This document shows, one piece after another, positions 49,161 through 59,548 of a stretch of DNA of 64,000 bases; position 1 is the stretch's first letter, and the number at the start of each line of letters is the position of its first letter. Below the pieces are notes generated by a model that saw only the letters and a list, made by a program, of their open reading frames with translations, was not told where the DNA came from and ran no database searches. The translations under genes were made by a program, and so were the position numbers. The DNA is from Candidatus Latescibacterota bacterium (GTDB lineage: Bacteria > Latescibacterota > UBA2968 > GCA-2709665). The stretch spans positions 1,632,001 through 1,696,000 of the forward strand of contig OZ252100.1 of the NCBI GenBank assembly GCA_965248435.1, in the 5' to 3' direction.

Positions 49161-50209
49161 CTAACCTGGAAGTAAACGGACGTAAGATCGGAGTCGGTAA
49201 GAGAGTTTATATAATCGCCGAGATGTCCGCCAACCACAATCAGGACCTAGACAATGCCATCCGGATTCTCAATGCTGCCAAAGAAGCCGGCGCCGACGCA
49301 GTCAAGCTTCAAACTTACACTCCTGACACACTCACGTTGAACTGCCGAAATCACTATTTCCGGATCCGTGATACACTCTGGCACGACCGGTTTCTGTACG
49401 ATCTTTACAGCGAAGCGTGCACACCTTGGGAATGGCAGCCAAAGCTCAAAGAGATCGCTGACGATGTCGGCCTGGACCTGTTCTCTACCCCTTTCGATTC
49501 GTCTGCAGTTGACTTCCTTGAAAGCATCGACGTTCCCGCTTACAAGATTGCGTCATTCGAAAATGTGGATCTCCCTTTACTACGGAAAGTCGCCCGAACT
49601 GGAAAGCCGATCATCGTGTCAACCGGCATGGCGACGCTTGCAGAGGTGGACGAAGCCGTACAGACGCTCAGGAGGGCAGGCTGCCAACAATTGTGCCTCC
49701 TTAAGTGCACGAGCTCCTACCCTGCGGATCCGAAGGAGATCAACCTTCGGACAATCCCCCACCTTTCGGAGGCCTTTCGGGTGCCGGTAGGACTGTCTGA
49801 TCACACGGTAGGGATCGCGGTTCCCGTAGCCGCGGTCTCACTTGGCGCGTGTGTAATTGAGAAGCATTTTACGCTGTCACGGAGTGATGGGGGACCGGAC
49901 AGCGCTTTCTCCTTGGAACCACACGAGTTCGAAGCCCTTGTCAAGGCAGTTCGCGTGGCCGAAGATGCTTTGGGTGAAGTTCGATATGGCGTCACCGAGG
50001 AAGAGAAGAAGAGTCGGGTATTTCGACGGTCGCTCTTTGCCGCAGACTCCATCAAATCCGGAGAGGCTTTTACTGCCGATAACCTCCGATCTGTTAGACC
50101 GGGACACGGCCTCCATCCGCGATTTATGGACGCTATTATAGGACGGCGTGCGAGGCAAGATATTGAATTCGGAACTCCTCTAGATTGGGCAATGGTCTCC
50201 GACGAATGA
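49157..50209 (+). CDS. pseI: Pseudaminic acid synthase
   Basis: IAEMSANHN, KLQTYT, TPWEW, KIASFE, STGMA, KCTSSYP, GLSDHT, IEKHF and RRSL plus SAF domain. Confidence 0.94.
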   Translation: MTNLEVNGRKIGVGKRVYIIAEMSANHNQDLDNAIRILNAAKEAGADAVKLQTYTPDTLTLNCRNHYFRIRDTLWHDRFLYDLYSEACTPWEWQPKLKEIADDVGLDLFSTPFDSSAVDFLESIDVPAYKIASFENVDLPLLRKVARTGKPIIVSTGMATLAEVDEAVQTLRRAGCQQLCLLKCTSSYPADPKEINLRTIPHLSEAFRVPVGLSDHTVGIAVPVAAVSLGACVIEKHFTLSRSDGGPDSAFSLEPHEFEALVKAVRVAEDALGEVRYGVTEEEKKSRVFRRSLFAADSIKSGEAFTADNLRSVRPGHGLHPRFMDAIIGRRARQDIEFGTPLDWAMVSDE

Positions 50210-50251
50210 AGACAAAAACAGGAAATTTCCGAATCTCAAGGAGCAACAACC

Positions 50252-51001
50252 GTGAAAGTTGTATGCACCATTGAGGCAAGGATGACTTCATCGAGGCTTC
50301 CAGGGAAAGTGCTGGCTCCGATCATGGGTCGACCAATGCTCGACCTAATGATCGAGCGACTGCATCGGTCTAGAACTGTCGATGAGATCGTCGTTGCCAC
50401 GACTGTGAATTCGGCCGATCAGCCGATTGCGGATCTGGCTGATGATTTAGGAGTATCCTGCTTTCGAGGAAGCGAGGAGGATGTCCTTGATCGCGTCTTA
50501 GAGGCAGCAAGACAAGCAGGTGCCGACGTCATTGTGGAAACGACCGGCGACTGTCCTCTCATCGACCCAAAAATTGTCGATCGGGTCGTAGAAACCTTGT
50601 TGAGAAATAGTGTCGACTACTGCTCTAATGCAGTTCGAAGAACCTATCCACGAGGAATGGATGTGGAGGTCTTCTGGTTCCACCACCTTGAGGAAATCGC
50701 TCAACTTACGAACGATCCGGTCGACCGAGAGCACGTGTCTACTTTCTTCCATCGATTCCCTGATCGGTATCGCTTGCTGAACGTGACAAGCTCTTTGCCC
50801 TCTCACACTCTCAGCCTTAGGCTAACCGTTGATACACAGGAAGACCTGGATATGGTTTCAAGCATTTTTGAATCTCTCTATATGCGGAATCCAGAGTTCG
50901 AACTAGAGGATATCCTGGATCTGCTTGCTGAAAATCCATCTCTTGCAGGGACAAACCGTCACGTCAAACATAAAACGGTGTTCAGCAAGATCTCTCTTTG
51001 A
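50252..51001 (+). CDS. SpsF-type cytidylyltransferase 2
   Basis: IEARMTSSRLPGKVL, FRGSEEDVL.R, TGDCPLID, REHV and RLTVDT.ED. Confidence 0.88.
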   Translation: MKVVCTIEARMTSSRLPGKVLAPIMGRPMLDLMIERLHRSRTVDEIVVATTVNSADQPIADLADDLGVSCFRGSEEDVLDRVLEAARQAGADVIVETTGDCPLIDPKIVDRVVETLLRNSVDYCSNAVRRTYPRGMDVEVFWFHHLEEIAQLTNDPVDREHVSTFFHRFPDRYRLLNVTSSLPSHTLSLRLTVDTQEDLDMVSSIFESLYMRNPEFELEDILDLLAENPSLAGTNRHVKHKTVFSKISL

Positions 51002-51041
51002 CCGCGCAATCGGTCTCGTACTAGCTTCGAGGAGGATTGGT

Positions 51042-52256
51042 ATGGAGTATTGCAGTAAGTGTGTGTATCCCTCGAATTCAGCAGTCAACCTGAATTTCGA
51101 CGAAGATGGAGTTTGCTCAGGCTGCTCGTACTTCGAAGAGATAGACAACATCGACTGGAAGGAGCGGGAAAAGACACTTGGTGATCTGCTCCAGAAATAT
51201 CGAAACCCTGAAGCACCTTATGATTGCATTATTCCTGTTAGTGGTGGAAAAGATAGCCATTTTCAAACATATCTCATCAAAGAGGTCTTTGGTCTGAAGC
51301 CGCTCCTCGTGACCTTTAACCATATCTGCAGTCCCTTGATTGGCCTGAAGAATATGGCCAATATTGTAGAGAGATTTGGTGTCGACCACGTACGGTTCAG
51401 CCCGAACCCCGTTCTAATCCGAAAGCTGATGAAATACACCCTTGAGAAGAGAGGAGATGCTTGCTGGTTCTGCCAGGGTGGCGTCGTCACAGTACCTATC
51501 CAGGTAGCTATCCAGTACAAAATTCCCTTGATTATCTGGGGTGAACACGGCTGGTCGCATTTGGCAGGGAAAAACAGCCTGGATGACATGGTCGAGTTCA
51601 GTGTAGAAGAGCGTTCAGAACTTTTCATGCGCGGATTATCCATCGAAAAGGTTCTAAAGGACAACCCAGACTTGGAGCGCCGGGATCTAAGCTGGTTGGA
51701 ATATCCCAGCACTGAGGAAATCGAGAGCGTAGGCGTTCGAGGAATCTATTTGGGCAACTACTATAAGTGGAACCAGAAGGCCCTAACGGAATTCGTAATT
51801 GACAAGTTTGGCTTTACCACAAGACCCAAAGCCAGGACCTACAACACGTATGCCGATGTCGACTGTCAGCTTTGCTCCGGCACAAATGACTACCTCAAGT
51901 ATCTGAAGTTTGGTTACGGTCGTACCACCGACCACGCAAGCCAGGACATCAGAGAAGGTCGAATCACGCGCGAAGAAGGCATTAAGCTTGTGAAAAATTA
52001 CGACCACAGGAAACCTGAAGACTTAGACACCTTTCTAGAAGAATTGGACCTGGACGAGGAGGAGTTTTACAAGATCGTTGATAGGTTCAGAGATCCTGAT
52101 GTTTGGGAACGGAATAACGATGGCGAGTGGGTCCGGAAGCCTTCCGCCGACATCGACCCTATCATCGACTCCTCCGGAGCCGACGAGATCGAAGATCGGA
52201 TGGCCTTTGTCAAGAATTGGACTGAAGACGAGGTCGATGGTCGCTGGTACTTCTAA
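51042..52256 (+). CDS. N-acetyl sugar amidotransferase (PseA/WbuX family) 1
   Basis: YC.KC, CSGC, YDCIIPVSGGKDS (PP-loop), GDACW, WGE and KFGYGR.TD. Confidence 0.88.
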   Translation: MEYCSKCVYPSNSAVNLNFDEDGVCSGCSYFEEIDNIDWKEREKTLGDLLQKYRNPEAPYDCIIPVSGGKDSHFQTYLIKEVFGLKPLLVTFNHICSPLIGLKNMANIVERFGVDHVRFSPNPVLIRKLMKYTLEKRGDACWFCQGGVVTVPIQVAIQYKIPLIIWGEHGWSHLAGKNSLDDMVEFSVEERSELFMRGLSIEKVLKDNPDLERRDLSWLEYPSTEEIESVGVRGIYLGNYYKWNQKALTEFVIDKFGFTTRPKARTYNTYADVDCQLCSGTNDYLKYLKFGYGRTTDHASQDIREGRITREEGIKLVKNYDHRKPEDLDTFLEELDLDEEEFYKIVDRFRDPDVWERNNDGEWVRKPSADIDPIIDSSGADEIEDRMAFVKNWTEDEVDGRWYF

Positions 52257-52262
52257 TCTTCT

Positions 52263-53057
52263 ATGGATCAAAAACGCCTTATGGCCCAAGCATCGCGAAA
52301 GATCGTCTCTCAGAGTTTGAGCTCGAAAACGAACACGACTTCGGATTTCAATTACTTAGACCAGCTCGAGGACTATTTCTTCCAAACTGATGGCACTTAC
52401 GCCGAGAAGATTGCAGCGTTCCCAAAATATGTTCCCCGCCAGAGACTGACCGACTTCCTTTCCCTTTACGAAATCTTTAAAAGGGTCCTCTCGGTCCAGG
52501 GTTCGGTGATAGACTGCGGGGTTTACCGCGGCAGATCGTTGATGACCTACGCCCAGCTTAGTGCTATTCTCGAACCCATGAACTATCAGCGACAAATCGT
52601 GGGATTCGACACTTTCAGGGGATTCCTTAGCTTATCGGAAGAGGATAGCTTGGGAACACACGATCAAACAAAAGCTGGTGGCTTCAAGGCGGATTCCTAC
52701 AATGAGCTTCTTGAGTGCATTCGACTATATGACGCGAACCGGTTTCTGAATCACATGCCGAAAGTGATTCTCGTAAAGGGAGACATCGTAGAAACAGCAC
52801 CTGCGTTTCTACAAAAGAACCCACACACCGTCGTAAGTCTCCTTTCTCTGGACCTTAGCCTATACGAGCCAACCAAAGCGGCGTTAAAAGCTTTCCTGCC
52901 TCGAATGCCGAAGGGCGCGGTCATCACTTTCTCGGAAATGAACTGTACAGACTTCAGCGGCGAGGTGCCGGCGGTAATCGAAGAGCTGGGCATCCGCAAC
53001 CTCCGGATCGAGCGGAATCCCTTTGACACCGTAGCTTCATTTGCAGTTCTGGAGTAG
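52263..53057 (+). CDS. TylF/MycF-like SAM-dependent methyltransferase
   Basis: GSVIDCGVYRG, GFDTF.GF, KGD..ET, LD..LYEPT and RMPKG. Confidence 0.75.
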   Translation: MDQKRLMAQASRKIVSQSLSSKTNTTSDFNYLDQLEDYFFQTDGTYAEKIAAFPKYVPRQRLTDFLSLYEIFKRVLSVQGSVIDCGVYRGRSLMTYAQLSAILEPMNYQRQIVGFDTFRGFLSLSEEDSLGTHDQTKAGGFKADSYNELLECIRLYDANRFLNHMPKVILVKGDIVETAPAFLQKNPHTVVSLLSLDLSLYEPTKAALKAFLPRMPKGAVITFSEMNCTDFSGEVPAVIEELGIRNLRIERNPFDTVASFAVLE

Positions 53058-54398
53058 TTGAAAGGTTTTTTGTCTATGCGCGCATTCCACGTTGAAGATC
53101 ACAATGTCCGCACCATGTGGACCCTTGCCGAAGAGCTTGTCCCGATCTATCGGACGCTGGTTTCACCTGGATTTGAGGAATCCCTTGGCCTGGTACAGAA
53201 TCGGCTACCCCTCAACATCAAGCGGTACCCTTCGGGAGGAAAGGTTTTCGACTGGACCATCCCACAGTCCTGGACCGTTCGTGAGGCCTATCTGGCGGAC
53301 ACGCAAGGCCGCAGGATCATCGAATACGCCAATGAACCTCTGTTCGTAGGGCCTTACAGCCAGCCGTTTTCAGGTGTCGTGGAAAAACAGGACCTCATGC
53401 CCCACCTTAACTCCCTATCTCACCTTCCTGATGCGATTCCGCTATGCCCTTCCTACTATGCGAAAGATTGGAAACTTGGGATTCCAGATGCGCTGAAGAA
53501 GCGGCTCAACGAAGACCGCTATAGGGTGCACATAGACTCGAGACTCGAGGACGGGAACCTTTGCATTGGGGAAGCATATCTACCCGGAAGGTCTGAGAAG
53601 GAGATAATCCTGACGACCTATATGTGTCATCCCGTGATGGCGAACGACAATATCTCCGGAGTTGCTGTGGCGTCGGAGCTTTTTCGGATTCTGTCGAGTT
53701 TTCCCGAAAGGAACTTCTCATACCGGCTCATCATCATCCCTGAGACAATCGGATCGATCACATTCCTTTACCACCATCAGCCCGAACTCAAAAACGTCAT
53801 CGGCGGCTACAATCTGACCTGCTGTGGAGATCCGGGAAAAATCCACTTCAAGCAATCCTGGTCCGGCGATTCACTACTCGACCGAGCCGCCCGGAAAGTC
53901 CTGATGGATAGAGAGCAGGATCATCGTATTCTGCCATACTACTTGAGTGGTTCTGACGAGCGGCAATTTAACGCCCCAGGCTTCCGCATTCCCATGCCGA
54001 CCATCATGAGAACGCCGCCTGCTCAGTTCCCGGAGTATCATTCCTCCTTTGACAACCTGAAGTTCATAACCCCGGACGCACTTCGAGACACACTACAGTT
54101 CGTTTTGGACACCCTATTCGTCGTGGATAACAACAGGACATACAAAAACATCTATCGGGCTGAGCCCTTTCTCTCGGATAAAGGAATCTTCACCCAGGTC
54201 CACGTGGGTCCGTACGGAGTCTTTAACAAGGGAAAGGCGGGCGTGGATCCGGGATATCTGAACCAGATTGTCATCCACGAAACAGATGGCCGCCAAGACC
54301 TTCTTTCTATAGCAGAGAAGTGGTCTTGTCCATTTCCAGAACTCCTGCACGCCTCCGAGAAGTTCAAGCGGGTCGATCTTGTCAACCTAGTAGAATAG
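53058..54398 (+). CDS. DUF4910 aminopeptidase-like (M28-related) protein, Cj1295-like
   Basis: PI.R.L...G, FDWTIP..W, TY.CHP.MANDN.SG, PETIGSI, GSDERQF, FPEYHSS.D and C-terminal HTH; start may be ATG 53076. Confidence 0.85.
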   Translation: MKGFLSMRAFHVEDHNVRTMWTLAEELVPIYRTLVSPGFEESLGLVQNRLPLNIKRYPSGGKVFDWTIPQSWTVREAYLADTQGRRIIEYANEPLFVGPYSQPFSGVVEKQDLMPHLNSLSHLPDAIPLCPSYYAKDWKLGIPDALKKRLNEDRYRVHIDSRLEDGNLCIGEAYLPGRSEKEIILTTYMCHPVMANDNISGVAVASELFRILSSFPERNFSYRLIIIPETIGSITFLYHHQPELKNVIGGYNLTCCGDPGKIHFKQSWSGDSLLDRAARKVLMDREQDHRILPYYLSGSDERQFNAPGFRIPMPTIMRTPPAQFPEYHSSFDNLKFITPDALRDTLQFVLDTLFVVDNNRTYKNIYRAEPFLSDKGIFTQVHVGPYGVFNKGKAGVDPGYLNQIVIHETDGRQDLLSIAEKWSCPFPELLHASEKFKRVDLVNLVE

Positions 54399-56714
54399 AC
54401 CTATAATCAATCATCTATAATGTATCCTTTCGATGCCTCCGAAGTAGAGGCGGCCATCGCGGCGCTTCTCGATGAAAATCACGATACTATCGTGATCCAT
54501 TCGAACATCTGCTCATTTGGGTACATTGAGAATCCTCTGAAGACAATAGCTGAATCCGTCTGCAAGGCAGCCTCTCCCGATCGGACTGTGCTTTTACCTA
54601 CCTTTACTCCCTCCTTCTGCCGCACCGGATGGTTCGACAGGGAAGAGACCCCATCCGAAACGGGAGCCCTGAGCGAACATTTCAGGAATCTGCCGAATGC
54701 CGTTCGAACTCCCTGCCCAATCAATTCCTTCGCTGTGTTCGGCCCCGATGCGGGCGCATTTATGGAGTACGAGGCCTCCGCGACATGCTGGGGGCCCGGA
54801 TCGATCTATGAAGAGATCTACAATAAGAACGCACTCATTGTCGGTCTGGGCGAGCCTCTTGCCCTCACTGCTTCCATCTTTCACCACGCCGAGGAACTCG
54901 TCGGTGTTCCCTATCGGTTCTTCAAAACGTTTTCGGGTCACGTCAACGCCGACGAATTGGTCACCAGTGTCTCAAAACGGCTGTATGTAAGGCGACTCGA
55001 CCTACCGGTCGAATACAGCTATCGCGTAGCCACCGATCGCCTTAAAGAGGCTGGGAAACTTTGCCGAGTTCCGCTTGGGACTTCTTTCGTGGAAGCCTTT
55101 TCAGCGAAGGAGGGCGTCGATACTCTGATGGAAATCCTTCACAACGACCCTCTCGCCACACTCACAAACCGGGAAATCTATCTGACTGCCAATGCGCAGC
55201 GCTCCAGCGTTTTTCTAGGAAGCACCAACCTCGAATTGACCGGGAAGACGTTCGCACGAGAATTCGAGCGGTTGACTGGCGAAGACTGCAGATTCGTAAA
55301 AACGGAATTTGGCAGATTTCGACAGGAGATCTTGGACCCAGAAAGTCAGCTTCGAACTGCCAATCCGGACTATGTGGTGTTTCTTGAGCGGGCTGAAGAG
55401 GTCCTTGGGAGCCAGATGGAAGGTTCGTTCAACGGAGATGGAGAACTCAGGGCCGAAATTGAAAGCCGAGTCAAACACTATCTACAAACGATTCGCGAGG
55501 CACGTTCGGCACTGTCAGGAACCTTCTTTGTTGCCAACCTGCAGTTCCTCACGTCCTCACCGTTCGGAAACGCCGATGCCACATTTGCTGCCGGCGACGC
55601 ATCCGTACTAGACATCGCAAATTCGATTTTGCGGGAAGCAGTGCAGGAGCTTGAGGATACATATATCCTCGATTTTTGTCAGGTCGCCAGGCGCTTTGGT
55701 ACAGAAAGAGTCCACCCAGGAAAGTACTGGTACGTCGGCAGAATTCCCTTTTGCAAGGAGTTCACAATCGAGCTCGCCGAAGTCCTTACAGGGATGGCGC
55801 TCGCCGCAGAAGAGAAGACAATACGTCTGATCGTGGTAGACCTCGATCAGACACTCTGGGGCGGAGTGGTAGGCGAGGATGGTGTCGAGGGAATAGCTCT
55901 CGGTGGAGATTTTCCTGGTAATGTCTATTCCGATATTCAGCGCTACCTAAAGGCGCTCACAAAACGCGGCATTGCTCTGGCCGTTTGCAGCAAAAACACT
56001 GAGGAAATTGCTCTCAAGACGATTCGCACTCACCCCGAAATGATCCTCGACGAAAGCGACTTCGTGGAGATGCGGATCAACTGGAAGGATAAAGCCACCA
56101 ACATCCGGTCCATCTCCCAGGCACTATCGCTGCGGCCGGCCTCGGTGATGTTTATCGATGACAACCCGATCGAGCGAGAGTGGGTCCGTAGGAACATTTC
56201 TGAATGCACCGTCCCGGAACTGCCCAAGGATCCTGCTGAATGGGTCGGATTTCTCTCCAAATTACCTTGTCTACAGACCGTCCGGATAACATCCGAAGAC
56301 CTCGGACGGACGAAGCAGTACGTGGGTCGGAAGAAGGCGAAGGACTTTGAAATGACGTGTGAGTCCATCGATGAATTCCTCTCGGAACTCAAAATGTGCG
56401 TCTACCTGGAGAAACTCAACGAGTTCAACGTCTCCCGAGTATGTCAACTGTTGACCAAGACCAACCAGTTCAACACGACCACCAAGCGTTATCGCAAATC
56501 TAACCTACGCTTGCTCATCGAGTCGCAGGATGCGGAGGTTTTCGCTGTTGGCCTGGAGGACGGGTTTACAGAGCGTGAAATCATAGGAGTTTTCATCCTG
56601 GTACCAACCGAAGAGACCCTGTTGATCGATTCGTTCTTGCTCAGCTGTCGCGTTTTGGGAAGAAATGTGGAGTCCGCTCTGCTCGGTTGGATTTCCACCC
56701 ACGCAATCAACAAG

Positions 56715-57768
56715 CTGGATTCAATGACTAAGTGCAACACTTGGACTTGAAGACTTCAGCTGGTGTTTTGAAGTTAAGACATTTTCTTGGTCGGTTGTTG
56801 ATCCGGTTCTGAATTTTCTTTAACTCGTGTTTGCTGACCTTTGAGAAGTCTGTCTTCTTGGGGAGGTATCTGCGGACCAGACCGATAGCGTTTTCCACAG
56901 CGCCTCGCTCCCAGCTGTGGAACGGTTTGCAGAAATAGGATTTGGTGCCAAGCACCTCGTTGACCCGTTGATGTTGGCCGTTTTCGGATCCGTTGTCATA
57001 TGTGATGCTCTTCCTCATGTGGGGAGGATGTCGCCCAAGGCGTCGATTAATCGCTTCGGCGACCTCCGAGGGTCCGTTCTTTGCCAGCTTAGCCAGGTGT
57101 AGGTATCTCGACGATCGCTCAAGACAAGCGCCAACGGCCTGTTTGCTCTCACGAGAGATGATGGTGTCGGATTCCCAGTGGCCAGGTTGTTTCCGTTTTT
57201 CGATGTAACGGGGACGTCGATCGATCGAAATACGGCCTGGAATGTGGCTTTCCCGGTGTTTTCGGGTATGCCACCGCGGCTTTCGTTTTTTGTGAGCTCG
57301 GGATAAGCAAGCAACCAGATCCCGCTGCTTGTGCACCTTTGGATCGTAGATATACTGGTAGATGGCTTCGTGGCTGATACCCGCGCTCGGACGCTCCTCG
57401 GGAAGCCTCCCAGCGATCAACTCGGGAGACCATCCTTGCTTGAGTTTGGTCTCGACATATCGCCGGATAACCGGATTCTTCAGCCGTTTCCGCTTGCCGG
57501 CCTCCCGCTTACGTTTCTCAGCCCTTCTGTGAGCCTGGAGGCCCGAGTAACTCTCAGCTATCGGGGACGGATTACGTTTCAACTCTCTTGAAATCGTGCT
57601 GGCGCTCCGGTCAAGGGCCTTGGCAATATCTCTAAGGCTTGCACCAGTGGCTCGACAAAGCGCAATCTGCTCGCGTTCGTCTATCGTAAGATGCTTGTAA
57701 TTGTTTCCCATACACTTAGGATAGGACAGTTGCTACCCTAAGTGTTGCACTTCCTTATTGAACTCGGG
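56715..57768 (-). mobile_element. IS30-family insertion sequence
   Basis: Imperfect terminal IRs TTCAATgActAAGTGCAACACTT / AAGTGTTGCACTTccTtATTGAA; CAAG direct repeat at 56711-56714 and 57769-57772; exact ends uncertain by 1-2 nt. Confidence 0.92.
56728..57711 (-). CDS. IS30 transposase
   Basis: YKHLT..ER, STISREL.RN, WSPE.I, S.E.IY.YI, GHWE.D, ITYDNG.E, WERG..EN..G..R and N.RPRK.L. Confidence 0.95.
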   Translation of the reverse strand: MGNNYKHLTIDEREQIALCRATGASLRDIAKALDRSASTISRELKRNPSPIAESYSGLQAHRRAEKRKREAGKRKRLKNPVIRRYVETKLKQGWSPELIAGRLPEERPSAGISHEAIYQYIYDPKVHKQRDLVACLSRAHKKRKPRWHTRKHRESHIPGRISIDRRPRYIEKRKQPGHWESDTIISRESKQAVGACLERSSRYLHLAKLAKNGPSEVAEAINRRLGRHPPHMRKSITYDNGSENGQHQRVNEVLGTKSYFCKPFHSWERGAVENAIGLVRRYLPKKTDFSKVSKHELKKIQNRINNRPRKCLNFKTPAEVFKSKCCT

Positions 57769-57956
57769 CAAGGGATTTCGACAACTTGTCGGATTGTTCG
57801 AGGCCACCCCGAGAAACGAACCGGTCGCCTCGCTCTATTCTCGACACGGATTCAGGCCGGTGACTGATCGCGAGTTCCGTCTCGACCTTGACAGCGTCCG
57901 CGTTGAGATTCCTGATTACTTCACGGTTTCCGAAAGCGGAGTGGATGAGGACCACG

Positions 57957-58433
57957 ATGAATCTGAAAAAGAGCGCAGAAGTTTCCACGTATACACTTGA
58001 TGAACTCACCGAGGGAATGTCGGCGCACTACACTGTGATGCTGGGCGGGCGGGAAGTGGGTCAGTTTGCCGGCACCTCTGGGGACTTGAGTCCCCTCCAC
58101 GTGGATGAGGAGTTTGGCAAGAATTCAGAATTCGGCTCTAATCTGGTCCACGGCATGTTGATCGCTTCACACTTCTCTACGCTCATCGGCGTCCATCTAC
58201 CAGGCCGAAATGCCCTACTTGCTGGAATAGATTTCGCCTTCGAGAAGCCCGTTCCCGTTGGCTCTGAAGTAACGGTTTCAGCCTCCATACTGGCGGTGCA
58301 GAAAGCCAACAGGATGGTTAAGCTGAACCTTTTGGCTTACTGGAATCGAGAGATTTGCGTTAGGGGTACGGCCAGCGTAAAGATCCAAAACGATCTGTCT
58401 AATCGCCCAGCGCAATCGGAGTCTTCCACATGA
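57957..58433 (+). CDS. MaoC/hot-dog family dehydratase
   Basis: FA..SGD..PLH.D, VHGML, G..LPG and F.KPV..G. Confidence 0.88.
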   Translation: MNLKKSAEVSTYTLDELTEGMSAHYTVMLGGREVGQFAGTSGDLSPLHVDEEFGKNSEFGSNLVHGMLIASHFSTLIGVHLPGRNALLAGIDFAFEKPVPVGSEVTVSASILAVQKANRMVKLNLLAYWNREICVRGTASVKIQNDLSNRPAQSESST

Positions 58434-59548
58434 CTCAAACAACAATCCACGACCCGTCAAAGCCTGGTGTCGCACTTGTGTCGGGTGGAACCGGCAGCCT
58501 TGGACAGGAAGTCGTGCGTGCACTGGCTGCGGCGGGATGGACTGTAGCATTTCAGTACAATAGGTCCGAAAAAACAGCCCGGAATTTGACGGAGGAAGTG
58601 CACAGGGCCCGTGGAACCGCCCATCCATTCCAGTTCGCCTTCGAATCAGGTTTGAGATCCCCAGAGGCCTTTATAAAGGAGATCTCCGATCAACTAGGAT
58701 TCATCCGCGCGTTTATCCACTGCTGCACACCCGTGTTCAGGCTATCGGATTATCGATCCAACTGGATGGATGTATTCAATGATATGGTGTCCCTCAACCT
58801 CGAAATGTTCCTAGGAATGGCCAATGCCTGCTTGCCACCGATGATGTTTCGGCAAGACGGAACCGTGGTTACAATTTTGTCCGATGCAGTAAGGCCTGAC
58901 AGGATCCCGCAGTTTTCCGCTTACGCTGCGGCAAAATTGGCGCAAGCCTCCCTTGTCAAAGATTTGTCTGAATCCGTCGAGGGTGCCGGAGTTCGGGTCG
59001 CCGGTTTGCTGCCAGGCGCGTTCGTCCAAGATCAAGGCAAGGAGAAGAATGAATTACCAGGCCCTGTAATCAATGCAATACGATCCCGCTGGCCAGTCGG
59101 CCTACCCCCGGTCAGATTGGCGCACGTCATCGAGAAAGCGATTCGACCCGATTCAGATCTTCAAAACGGACAGTTCCTTTCCATCGACGCGATGGGTGGG
59201 AAACTTGATGTGACACTCAGCGGATTCTTTGCTGGAGAGGCAAAGGATCCATCGCCATCCGTATCCCCAGAGCAAGCCCATGCCCTGGCCCCAGATACAG
59301 AATCCAATGATGCGTTGCGTTCGGATCTCAAGGAAGTCTTTCAAGAGGCCCTGGAACTCAACGGGAAAGAGGATCTGGAGGATGTCAGACTCGGCATAGG
59401 AGCGTGGGATTCCCTTCAGCATCTGGATCTCTTGATGTCGATCGAACACAAACTGAACGTAGATTTTGGAGACATATCGGGAGATTCGTTGACCAGCTTC
59501 CTGGACATCCTGGCGGCGGTTCGTCGCCTCAAAGCAGAGAGTCGATGA
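58430..59548 (+). CDS. SDR/ketoreductase fused to a C-terminal acyl carrier protein
   Basis: VSGGTGSLG and YAAAK; linker; C-terminal WDSLQHL.L...IE (phosphopantetheine serine). Confidence 0.8.
   Translation: MTQTTIHDPSKPGVALVSGGTGSLGQEVVRALAAAGWTVAFQYNRSEKTARNLTEEVHRARGTAHPFQFAFESGLRSPEAFIKEISDQLGFIRAFIHCCTPVFRLSDYRSNWMDVFNDMVSLNLEMFLGMANACLPPMMFRQDGTVVTILSDAVRPDRIPQFSAYAAAKLAQASLVKDLSESVEGAGVRVAGLLPGAFVQDQGKEKNELPGPVINAIRSRWPVGLPPVRLAHVIEKAIRPDSDLQNGQFLSIDAMGGKLDVTLSGFFAGEAKDPSPSVSPEQAHALAPDTESNDALRSDLKEVFQEALELNGKEDLEDVRLGIGAWDSLQHLDLLMSIEHKLNVDFGDISGDSLTSFLDILAAVRRLKAESR

Larger units (their letters stand above)
54420..58000 (+). pseudogene. AAC(3)-family acyltransferase fused to FkbH (HAD-IIIC glyceryl transferase), interrupted near its 3' end by IS30
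   Basis: N-terminus: IHS, LLPTFT, GALSE.FR, R...PI.SF and H.AEE...VPYR. Then DLDQTLWGG, CSKN, INW.DK, FIDDNP.E, KTNQFN and LSCRVLGR. Distal fragment T.RN.PV..LY...GF at 57773-58000. Confidence 0.85.

Noticed and set aside
54420-55200. Aminoglycoside resistance gene aac(3)
   Set aside because: The domain is fused to FkbH within a sugar-biosynthesis operon; a biosynthetic acyltransferase role is far more likely.
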